Positions 50,701-62,316 of a DNA stretch of 64,000 nucleotides are shown piece by piece. The translations under genes were made by a program, and so were the position numbers. The notes under the pieces were generated by a model that was not told the origin of the DNA, did no database searches, and worked only from the letters and a program-made list of their open reading frames with translations. The DNA comes from Podarcis liolepis. Its lineage: Eukaryota. The DNA is taken from the NCBI GenBank assembly GCA_965112155.1, contig OZ218099.1. One strand, written 5' to 3'. The number at the start of each line of letters is the position of its first letter. Position 1 is the first letter of the stretch.

Positions 50701-51109
50701 TTTGCAATACTTGCATATCCCCTACCATGGTGGTTCTGCCTTGGGGTGGTGAGGGTCTCACAATAATCCGGATGAAGGAACTGGTGGGCGGAATCATTTC
50801 TTGTCCATTTTGAATGTGGGATTTCCCCTTGCATAGGATTGTGCTCCCTTGAGGAGTGGGAAATAGTTCTGCTGACTAAGAAGCTTGGCCTGCCTTTTCA
50901 TTTAACGGCTTGCAATACCAAGCCTTGCCCCGTTAAAATAAATAGACAGCAACCTCCTGGCCCTCAGGATTTTTTCTTTTTTTAAAAAGTTTCTTCATGT
51001 GTCAATGCAAGACTGGTTGCCAGTTTGTTGCCAGGCCCGATTCAAGACGCATTTAAACACATCAGTGTCTAAATGGCTTAGGCCCCAAATATCCAAAAGA
51101 ACGCCCCAT

Positions 51110-51520
51110 TCCTGCCAACCTGGATTGTTAAGATCTGCAGAGGGGGCTCCTTTGGTAGTTTTACTAGCCTGTGGGTAACGAGCTTTCTCTGTGACAGTCC
51201 CTAACTTGTGGAACTCACTGCAGAGGTTTTTCTCCAACATCTGCATTTTACAGCTATGAAGTGTTCTCTGTACGTTGAAGATCTATCCCCTACTCTGGCC
51301 TTTGACAGGTTTTTTTTGTGGGGGGTGGATCTGGCTCTGGCTGATTTTATAGATTTCCATTTGAAATGGCTTTACATAAATGTCATTTTAATGGTTTTAT
51401 CTGCTTTTATATCTATATTAAATTATTATAGCCTGCCTTTGGACCTTAAGATGTAAGAAGGGAAAGTTTTTATAAATAAATAAATAAATAAATAAACAGA
51501 CAAACAAACAAACAAACACA
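51110..51520 (+). mobile_element. Degenerate L2-type LINE 3' end with (TAAA)n/(AAAC)n tail
   Basis: agatctgcagagggg...gagctttctctgtg...ttgtggaactcactgc... ending in a simple-repeat tail. Confidence 0.45.
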
Positions 51521-51968
51521 ACGGCCAGAAGCTAGTACAATTTTTCTTGTTTACACAATTTTTTTCAACAGGACTTTTGTCTCCATTTGGTGCATTTAAT
51601 ATGTTCCTCTTGTCACCGTAACACTAGCAGGAGAACCTGCAGCTGCTGGAACCTGGAACAGTCTCCCATCTCTTTGCCCATGCATTGTTCTGAGGGTTTT
51701 CCCCAACCCTCCAGAACAGATTTGGGGAAGACGTGATGTACTAGGCTAGTAGTCTTAGTCAATCATTTCACTATTAAGGAGTATATCGTGATTTAAATTA
51801 ATTATTTTTCAGAACGTAATACAATGTCTATAAATGCTGGAAAATCATTTACTTATAAAAAGTTAATTGTTTGATATATATGTCCCCTCAGAAATAGTTT
51901 TCCATTAAGTTCATTGGGGCTTGCTCCCAGGTAAGTGGATATAGGATTGCAGCAACTTTATTTGTATA

Positions 51969-52287
51969 CAGGGGCATCTTGCCCATAGAGGCAAGTGGTG
52001 TGGGGCGCCAGGGAAGAGGTGGAGGCTGGACGCAGCGCCTCCCGGCATCAGCTCGCCTCCCTTGCCTGCCTCATTGAAGCATTGCCGCGCCCGGAGTGTC
52101 CGTCTCTTCCCCGCTGGAGGAGCCACCCTCCAGCCGCTGCCTGCCTCCTCCAGCCCCGCAAAGCTGCCAGCAGCGCAGTAATAAGTAATAAGGTTGACAA
52201 CTTTGGGAAGCGGGGGGGGGGGGGGGGCGGCGGCGGCGCTGGAGGGATCTTTGCACCACGGCGCTGGATATACTTAAGATGGCCCTG
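51969..52287. mobile_element. GC-rich hAT-type MITE
   Basis: TIR CAGGGGCATCTT / AAGATGGCCCTG (11/12); 8-bp flanks tttgtata / tttgcata. Confidence 0.75.
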
Positions 52288-52817
52288 TTTGCATAGTCCT
52301 GCAGGTAGAAGGGCAAACCCATCCAAAGATTCCCTCTATTCCCTGAAGAACAAGAACCTTAACGGTAGTTCTAATGATATTTTTCGGCACATCTAAAGAC
52401 ATTAGAAACTCTCCCCCCATTTGTACTGCAGTAAAAAGCCTTTCTCACAGCAGCAGCAGCAGGAAACATATTGAATTCTTCCCCCTGCCCCCAATTCTGA
52501 TTGCCATCTTGCCTTCGTTTCCAGCTACTATCTGAAGAACAAGATGAGCTTCGTAATGCAGCATTATGCTGTACCCTCTGCAAGGCTGACATTCATGCTT
52601 TGAAGTGATATGAAATATTGATCTTTCAAAGTGGTTTGTGAGAGATTGGCTCCTATACTTGCACCATGATTGCAAGGGAAGGTGGGGGAAAATAAGATTT
52701 TAATTAGAGCTACATGATCTGATTTAAATCTGTGATGTCTCACAGCCACATGTTAGCAGTTTGATATTAGTAGCTGAAACAAACACAGTGGCAAATAAAA
52801 TCCAACTCTTTTAATAG

Positions 52818-52906
52818 GTGGCTGCAAGGAAACTCAAGGAGATGCATTTGAATTTCCTCCTTCCTGGGAAGTTGATAACAGTGAGATCAGGCATCAAAAG
52901 AAAGAG
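52818..52906 (+). CDS. C5orf47: C5orf47 orthologue, exon 2 (89 nt), GGCKETQGDAFEFPPSWEVDNSEIRHQKKE
   Basis: ctcttttaatag|GTGGC ... AAAGAG|gtagaa; phase 1 to 0, joins exons 1 and 3 in frame; AFEFP...QKKE aligns loosely with human KYDFP...KKKKK. Confidence 0.75.
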
Positions 52907-55900
52907 GTAGAACATCAGCACAATGGCACTAGAAATAAAAAATGAAGATGCTTTGCAGTCCGTTCCAGAACTGGTTAGCCATTACAGCATTCTTTGAAGC
53001 TGTCCCCTACCCAATTGGGCCCTGCTAAGGTGTAATATGAGAGTGGTTCTCTATGGAGGATGAGGCTTTATTGTGCTATACACTGAGTGTTGCTTCAGAA
53101 GAGGATAATATGTTAAGAAAGCAGATTATGTTCTCAGTTGTGGGTGAATTTAAAATACTGAAGAGAGTGATAAGATGAAGAAGAGAGTGATAAGATGTCA
53201 GGGTTTAAGATTGCCTAGAAATTATTTTGGTGAATTGGAAGTGCCTTTCTCTAATCCCAGATGTGATTAATTAGCAGTGAAGGGAAAGTACTCTGCCCAT
53301 GCTCAACAGCACTCACGTCCCATTTCTCATGTTGCAGAATTACGTCCAGGCACTAAAAACAGTTGGGTGGGTGAGGCTAAGATCAGGCTCAAATTAAGCG
53401 CATGTTTTTCTTGTCCTATTGTAGCATATTTCTTTGATTGTGGGGTGAAATGAAGGGGTGGGGTTGGGGAGAAACACTCATGATTTTATATTCCTGTTTT
53501 ACTTGTTTTTCCCTGTCCACCACTACCATGTGGCCCCTTGAAGGTTGGTCTTGTGGGAATGTGACTCTTGGGTTGAAAAATGTTCCCTACTTCTGGATTA
53601 AAGGGGGGTGGAATGTGAAAGTTGGATTAAATGACAATTAAATGCAAAATGTACAGTCTGACATTTTGGTTGAGTCTAACTGTATACCAAATAAGCACAA
53701 TGACTATTCACAGCAGCTGTAACGGCTGATTACACAATCAGTTTTATATCCATTCACCCTGACCCACAGATTCTCACATGTAGCAGTAGGATGCCTGTCA
53801 TTATGCATGATAATCTCCATATGATCATCTGATATGGTGATAGTTGGTGCAGTTTTGCTGAGAAGGGCAAGTATATTTAGAAAAGAAGGATCAGCTTTAA
53901 AAGTTTGGAAAATACAATGGTCATCCAATTTTTTAATTATAAATTTATATCCCACCTTTCCTCCCAAAGGGTGGGAAGCAATATATAAGGCTAAATTGAT
54001 TGGAAAAGAGACTAGAGTCTATATTAGTAGAAAGCCACGTTTCATTCTGTATCATAAATGTGATTTTGTGCTCTCTGAAAAGTTCACCTAGTGCCTGAGG
54101 ATAAAACCAGACATGTTTGTTAAATTGACAACTGATTAATAGTTTTATTATGTGTAAAGTAATCAACTCAGATTTAATTTATTCAAATGTCATTGATTCA
54201 TGATTTAAAATAATGAGGAAAACTACTTCCTTCAAAGGAATATTTTAACATCTTGTTACATGGTTTATCTATTCAATATTTTGCAAGAAGGACAAGGAAT
54301 TTGCCTTATAATTCAGCATTAGAAGTAAGGCTAACTCATAGTCTCTCTTATTATCATTAGGCTTCTGCCACTTTCATTGATGTGATTCAAATTGTGTAAT
54401 TGAATGTATCACAGAGTAGTAATTTTAACTGCGTTAGCATCATGTTTTTGAATGTACATGAATTACATTTTCAGCTTGATGTCAGTGCCAGTTTCTACTT
54501 TAGTTGTATTGGTTATAAGAAGTGTTGTGTTTTACCATTATGGGCTGATATATGAGCTTTATTCTTAACATGTACACACAATGCACATGTTAAACTGTGA
54601 AGAAGGCAAACACATTTCATTTGGAACATATACCCATGTGCCTAGAAGCAGCAGGGGCTCTTTGTGAAATATACACATATGTGTGAAATAATGTGTGTGA
54701 CTGTGAGACTATATATATATATCTGTCTATGCCTGTGGCTGCTTGTTAAACAATCTGCTGCTTCATGTGAGAAGGTGCTGCACAGTCCACACCACCTTCT
54801 GTGATCTGTATGCACAAACTTTTTTCATGCAAAATCTTCCATCTCATTAAATTCCAAACCCCCCCACTGTTAAAAAAATACAAGTTCTGGCATGATTAGT
54901 CTACATACAATATTTTTGTTGACTGCTTCCCATTGGTATGGCACATACCATTGATTATGGATCCTTTCTCTCTTATTCCTTTGCTGCTCTGCAACTTGAC
55001 ACAGATAATTTTGTGTGACATTTTAATAGAAGCCAAACTATGCTATGTCATTCGGTCTGTGTATTTGCTGCCTCCAGAGAGTTCAAGGTGGTGTAAATGG
55101 GATTCTCTCTTTGTCCTTGCTACAACCGGGTAGGCTTGGTTAGTGAGAGAGTGACTAGCCCAAGTTTCTTTCCTCAATAGGGAGCTGAACTTGACTCTCA
55201 TCCCCCTAGTCAAAACTTACAGCCCAATATTACACTCTCTTTTTACAGTCCTGGAGCCCTGCTATTCAAGAATTCTGTTTCATGGTTCCCTTTCCTCCTT
55301 TTTTTTTTTTGGCAAACAGCATCACATGTACATGCCCAACATTTACTAAGGGGAAAAACCTTTCTGTTGAAATTCTGAAAGAGGAAGCAAATATAAATAG
55401 GAAATATGCAAAGATTGGTACTGAAACAAAAAGGAAGTGGGAGTGAAATGCAAGCAAGAATACTGACCTGGAAGGTTAGCAGACAACACAGATACAGTCA
55501 ATATTGAAATGTCAATACTGTCTGTGTTATTGCTAATCCATGATGTAAAAGCTGGTTCTAAATAGCTCTGGAAAATACTGTTAGGAAAGAGGTTTGCTTC
55601 ATGGAGGGACAAAGATGAGTCTTTTATCACTCATATACAGTACTAGACTTATAACAACGCCACACTAGAAGATACAATTCTTAGTGATCAGCATCTAGCT
55701 TTGACTATAGCTACTGGGGGGGGGGACCGGATTTGGAGGTGCTAGCTCATAAGTAACACCAAAAAGTGAAATAATGCATTTTTAGGGTTAGACCTTTTAA
55801 AATAAAAGGCAATAATGTTTAAGGCCAGTCATTTAACAATGTAAATAAACAGACACTTGTGTTATCTCTTCTCACATTTTAAAAACACTTATCAATAGGT

Positions 55901-55947
55901 AAGGCAATGTGGTTCTGTTGACATACCTCACATATCTCTATTTCTAG

Positions 55948-56050
55948 TCCACAGTCTGGCTTGGAGTGTGTAAAGTAATTTCTAAAATGATAGAAGAAAA
56001 TGGACACTTTAGAAGCAGATTGCTGTCCTGTAGCAAACTTCCAAGTGAAG
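55948..56050 (+). CDS. C5orf47: C5orf47 orthologue, exon 3 (103 nt), STVWLGVCKVISKMIEENGHFRSRLLSCSKLPSE-G
   Basis: tctctatttctag|TCCACA ... AGTGAAG|gtaggt; strong match to recalled human VLVWNRVYKVISRMLEENEKYRHRLKCQRLSSE. Confidence 0.88.
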
Positions 56051-59000
56051 GTAGGTAAGAAGTAAGCTTCTTGTGGTACTCTTGACTCCATTACTATGCC
56101 CAGAGTGGAAAGTTCTGGTGATATCCAGACATACATTTCACCAGTATCATCTGGTAAGATGGACTTTACATTCTGCCATGCTAAATAACATCCACTCCTT
56201 TGTTTCCTTGGGATCTGAAAACTGTGGCCCTAATCTAATTAAGGTTAATTGGGCTTAATGCCTCTGAAATAAAAAGGAGAAGGTGGTCATGAACGATTGA
56301 GTTTCCACTGATTTGAATGAGACTTGAAGCAGAGATAAATTTAGTTGGATAGGGTTCTAATTTGAATTGTTTCAGGAGGGGCTCCCTGTGAAAACTGCTG
56401 TGATGCTGCAGTGAGTTAATACAGGACACAATGGCTTTTTTCTAAGAAGGAGAGCTCACAATGAAGTACTTTGGGAGCAGATTGCACACCTGCTTCCTCT
56501 AATCTTGCAGGCAGAACTCAAACCCACAGTTTGGACAGAGAAAGCCCTAACTGCCTCAGGCTTGCATAGGCACTAGTGCCCCAATACCATCCATAAATTA
56601 TATTTGAATATAAGAGATAGATACCACTTATTCTCAGTACCTATCCCACGTTTATAAAACACTTCTGGATATTTATCAGACTAATTGTCCAGAAGTAGTA
56701 TTTTACATGTGTTCTGACATGTGGTGACTGAGGTTTACCTTCTGTATTCATTGCTTTAAATAACAATGTCACTCCTTTTCTATGGAGCCTCTGGGATGGT
56801 GTTGAGGGCAGAATTTACAGTTAAGCTTCCCTAGCAAAAGAGATACTTGCTACTTTTCCAGGATTAAACTAGCTATCACAGCTGACATCATCTACCTCTC
56901 CTTTCCATACTTTCATTTTACAATGCTATGAATGAGAGATGAACAAACTTCAAGAAGGAATGAGAAAATTTTATTTAGGAGACCACTGTAAGCAGATGAA
57001 AACATTAGCAGGATTTTAACAACACTTGTAATGTAACAAATACTATGGACAATATGGAGAGATACAAAATATGGATGATGAAATATTATGCAGTTGAAAA
57101 AGTTGACAGTAGGACCCGTGGAGGGGAGGGTGGGAAGTCTGGAGATTCAGAGAAATCTCTATATATGGTTATGTATTTGGCATTGTTATAACCTTTCACT
57201 TGTAAAATCAAATAAAACATTTTTTTAAAAGAGAGATGCACAAAGATGCTGCCATACTCGTTTGATACAAAATCTATCATGAAAATGAGTTTCTTCTGTA
57301 AAATTAGAAGATGACTGCCTATAATATATGAGTATTACATAAATAAGTGAGCTTCCAATGAATGCTGGCTATGACTTACACTAATATAATATTAGAATAT
57401 TTGCGGCCTAATTGAGGCCTGGATGCAAATGAATGATGAATGGATGGATGGAAATGAAGCATGAATTAAAACTGACATTCTATTGATGCAGTTTCCATTA
57501 GAGCTTTGTAGCTGCTGCACAATTCAAAGTAACACAATATTATGCTTACAATCATAATTGGAATTTCTGGCTTCACAGTTTAATTAGTTTTAGGAAACAG
57601 ATTTACCAATCCATTAAGTGTTATGTGTTAAATTTAAAGTGACATATTCTCAGTTTGTCTGCTGAGCTTACATTAATGTCAATAGAGGTCTGCAAACTAT
57701 GTGAGTATAGAATATGCATTGGTATTTGGAAATAACCATTGGTAGTTTCTGTTAGCAGTCTTTTGTATTTCCTTTTGTTGTTCACATTCCATATAACTCC
57801 AAATAGCCAAACTTAAATTAGCTAGAATTTCTAATTATCTATTAGGAAAGTCCAATATTGTAGACTGGTTTCAGCTATAGTAGCATGGTTTCAATTACAG
57901 TAGCATAAACATTGACAGTACCATGACAGTGATTTTGACACTTACTTCCAAGTAAAAATACATAAGATTTTACTGTAAGTCACTCTGTGTTCAGTGGGGC
58001 TTTCTCCAGATAAGTGTGTATAGGATTGCTGCTTCACTATAGGATTAGGGTATTAAACCAGTATCTAATTTCCTCTGATGAGCTCAGGTAAGTAGTCAAA
58101 ATTCAACAAGTCATTTAGAATATTAGTAATAGGTACTTGTGCCCCACTCCTAGACTGAAAGCAAATCCCATGGTTTTGAGTGGCACTTCCAATTCCTATG
58201 TGTGTTTACCACTCACTGAACTCCACAGAGTTCACTTCTAAGTAATCGACCAATTTTACTCAGAGTAGGCCTGTTGAAATGAATGGATCCAACTTAATCA
58301 TGTTCATTAATTACAGTGGGTCTATTCAAAGTAAAACTTAGTTGAATACCACCCAGTGGAATTTACTCCAGGTAAGTGTGTATCAAATTAAACTATGTCC
58401 AGTGGGGCTTTTTGGTGGATTTCACTCTCTAAATGTCGTATTATTTATATGTCCCCTCTCTGTTCCTGTATTCCCAAACCACTGCAATACCTGTATGCAA
58501 GCAGAGGAACTAATTTGTGGTCTTTATGACTGAGGTTCCGTTGGCCCGGTTTACAGCTGCTGCAGCTGTGATTCATAATACTTGAGGTTCCCCTACAGCC
58601 TTTTTCTGCCTTGCTTTCTCACTAAATTACAAAAAAAGAGTTATAGGGTTTTCCAGAGCATTTGTGTTTTATTTAAAAACAAAAGAAAGCCCAAAGCTAA
58701 CATTCTGTCTTGACAGATATGAATCACTTAAAAATTCATCCCTCTTCCACTGGCTTTGACAATAGTAAGCGTGGCCTAGTTGAGAGCTTTGATTGTACAC
58801 CAGGAGGAAGGAAGGGACATTGGTATCCCCCCCCCTTACTTGTGTTTTCTGATGCCCATTGTTGTTATCATCCATTAGAAATTACATAGTGGCAATAATC
58901 TTTGGCTATAATTTGCTTCTTTTTGAAAGGCACCATTATGTTACCCTCAGTGCTAATTGTAGTTCATTTTTGCAGAGCTTTAATAGTGGCTCACTTATTA

Positions 59001-59292
59001 AACTCTATTTAGCTGAAAGCACTTGATTCGAATGCCTTCTTTCTAATTAGCAGATTTTGCACAATATTGCACTAAGGAGATAAGTCTCCTATTGATGTGA
59101 ATTCTTTATCAGATAAGTAGTAAAAATACATTGGAGTAATCACAGTAGAACTGCAAATGCAGAACAACATGTCTGAATCAAGAAGGCTCTGTTTTGCACC
59201 AAGCAGTTATTGTTTTGCACTTTTGTTTATATAGTAAAAGCAAGATTATTAATGCCACATTTTGCTATTTCTGTAAATTGTTTTCTTTAAAG

Positions 59293-59333
59293 GTGATTAT
59301 TGCAATTTTAATACCATAGATTGCTTCAGATGA
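59293..59333 (+). CDS. C5orf47: Candidate terminal coding exon of C5orf47 orthologue, GDYCNFNTIDCFR*
   Basis: ttgttttctttaaag|GT GAT TAT ... AGA TGA; phase 1 and short, like the human C-terminus; AATAAA at 61088. An alternative acceptor exists at 58717. Confidence 0.35.
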
Positions 59334-61003
59334 AATGTAATGAGAGTTCCAATACAAATGAAAGCGATATATTTGTTCTCATGAAATTCGTCCACAGGCA
59401 GAGATGTAAATGGGAATGTACAAAATGAGACTTCCTGCATTGACACTGTAAGTAAAACTCTGCTTCAATTACATAATGGTGATAGAAAATTATTTAATAA
59501 GGGCTACACTTTCACAGAGAGGTAAGCAAAAGTTGTAGAATCAGGGATGACAATGGACCGTATACTTCATATATTTAGCATTGCAAATGTTGATGCTCTT
59601 TTTGGAATGCTTCAGTTAACTGTGGTAAAATTCTGTGAGAGTTAATTTATCATTCCAAGTGACATGCATATCAACTTATCTCAGGTATATATATGAGAGG
59701 CATTTTGATGGTGAATTGCCTAGAGGTGGCCCATGAGAATCTTTGCTTATTGGTAGGAAGGGTATATTTATGTTTTGTAAACTATCTTAGTTATGGATAT
59801 ATCTTACTGTGCAATGGCAAAAGCCATACAGAATTTACATTGTTTACTATATTTCTTTGGTCTACTGCCAAGACAAATTTTTTTTCTCCTAGATACTTTG
59901 CAGGTTTTGGAGCTAAATATTTTCAAATGTTTGTAAACTGTGGTATCAACATGATTTAAAAACAATTGAATTAAGTCTAAGGGCAGTATTCAGCTATGTT
60001 TTACTCAGAGTAGACCCATGTAAACTAATGAGCATGAATAAGTTAGATCCTAGTTGAATACCACCCCAAGAAATATTGGGTGGAATTCAACATATTGCTA
60101 AGGTGATTGTTCTTTCAGAACAAGGATTTGTACTTGCCTGGAGGAATGCTCTTCTGGGGAATCTTGTAACCCTCAACAGCAGGTGTGGGGAGGAGACGGG
60201 GGAAACCTTGTTTTGGCTTCTGCTAATGGAATGAGGTATTTGAATCTAGTCCAAATTTTTGGGTTGATATGGGATCCAAACCAAGAGAATAGTCCCTGCT
60301 CATAGAATTCTGTGGAAGGAAAATGTTTCTGGTAGGATCCAACTCTTAACATGTAGGAAATATTGGATATGATATTTCCCACACCTCATCTATGGATGCA
60401 CTATGGTTTGACTATGCTGCAGTTCTTCCTTAATTTGCTCTATATTGTAATTTCATCAGGAACCATCCTAAGAGCTGATGGTTGACAGAACAAAGGAGCC
60501 TTCTGTCTATTTGCCCATCTCATCTGGTCAGGCAAACTTAACTAGAAACAGCAGTACAGAAACTCCTGAAGTTGTCTAGGCATTGAGCAATTAAGCAGCT
60601 GCTTTGCAAAGCAGACTTCTTCCAAAGATAACTACCATATTCCATAAGCCTGTTTTTTGTAAACAAGAGATTCATAACCAAAGGTTTTTTAAATCTCCCT
60701 TTTCCATTAGGATGAAGCCATTTTTGGATGGGTGTAGGAAACAAAGCAACAAGGAAATGAAGATTTAGTTCAGGTTTTGCATTTTAGCTGTTTTCCAGTA
60801 ATCCTTTAACTATACAGGAGAAACAGATTCTTAGCGTCAGAGGTACTGGAATACAAATACTATACATGTTATGTGGAACAGTTTGTGTTTTTCATGTAAT
60901 AGGTTAATTGTAATGTAAGTTTGATTTTGTTTAAATGTGATTAAGCAAATCAGCTTTGCACTTGGGTTTAGGTCTCATAAAGGAATACAATGCAGTATGA
61001 TTA

Positions 61004-61037
61004 CAATACAATACAATACAATACAATACAATACAAT
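61004..61037. repeat. (CAATA)n pentanucleotide microsatellite
   Basis: Seen directly. Confidence 0.9.
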
Positions 61038-61962
61038 ATTTTTAATGTTGATTTTATGTGTATGTACTGTACTAATCAGCTTCTCATAATAAAGTATGGA
61101 TCAATGAAGTAAATGTACAGGTCTGGGAGTTTGTATCTCAAAACTGAGTTTAATTCCTGTTTCCATTACACTGTAATGGTGCACCTGACTCTTACCTGAA
61201 TCTCATAATGTATTTCAAAAATATACAGGGTAGTCATCCTCAAGGACAGTGGACTGTGGGTAATACTACAGGGTCATAATAACAACACATTATGAATTGA
61301 TGGTGTAGAAGTTGGGATGCAGTGTCAGTGTCTCATTAGCGCAAGCAGGAGTCCAAGAACTATTCAGCTTAATGAAGTCTACTGGGAGTTAGAGGAAGGT
61401 TTCACTTCCTTCCAGCTTTCATTCTCCTGGTACATACCAACTCATTTCCTTCTATGTGGAATTGCCTGGAAGTCCCAAGACTCATAGCAGAGGATCATAG
61501 TTCAAGAGTCTTACAGTTTCTGAGGCCATAATAATAGTAATAGTAATAATAAATAAATAAATAAATAAATTTTGGTCTGATCCAGTAGGGCTCTTCTTTT
61601 ATTTATATTGCCAACTCATTAATTATCTCCAAGACCTCTCATTCTCCCCTGTCAGACTTTGATACATTTCTCAGCTCCTTATAGTCTGTCCTCTGCAAGG
61701 GTATGGGGAGAGACAGGGTGCCATCTTTAAAATTTTAAGTGACAATTTAAAAAGAAATGGAAGGAGGGATTCATTGTAGCTCTCTGGAGATCATTCCATA
61801 GGCAAAAGCATCTCAGCTTGCAGGATGAAATGATTTGCTGTCTTCTCCCCCCATGTGCTTTATTGGGTGGGTGGGTGTGTTTCTCCCTAAGTGACTTGAG
61901 GCCTGATTACGTCATTGACCATCTTCCACCAAATGTTCCCACCAAGTCTTAATATTCGCATA

Positions 61963-62316
61963 AAGGTAAAGGTAAAGGGACCCCTGACCATTAGGTCCAG
62001 TCGTGACCGACTCTGGGGTTGCGGCGCTCATCTTGCTTTATTGGCCGAGGGAGCCGGCGTACAGCTTCCGGGTCATGTGGCCAGCATGACTAAGCCGCTT
62101 CTGGCGAACCAGAGCAGCGCACAGAAACACAGTTTACCTTCCCGCCGGAGCGATACCTATTTATCTACTTGCACTGGTGTGCTTTCAAACTGCTAGGTTG
62201 GCAGGAGCTGGGACTGAGCAACAGGAGCTCACACCGTCACGGGGATTCGAACCGCCAACCTTCTGATCGGCAAGTCCTAGGCTCTGTGGTTTAACCCACA
62301 GCGCCACCTGCGTCCC
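61963..62316 (-). mobile_element. Sauria SINE (full length)
   Basis: Highly similar to 50207-50550; (ACCTTT)n tail; TSD atattcgcata / atatttgcata (10/11). Confidence 0.92.

Noticed and set aside
53161-53197. Short direct duplication aagagagtgataagatg x2 (similar case at ~63680-63727)
   Set aside because: Simple local slippage duplications with no further structure.
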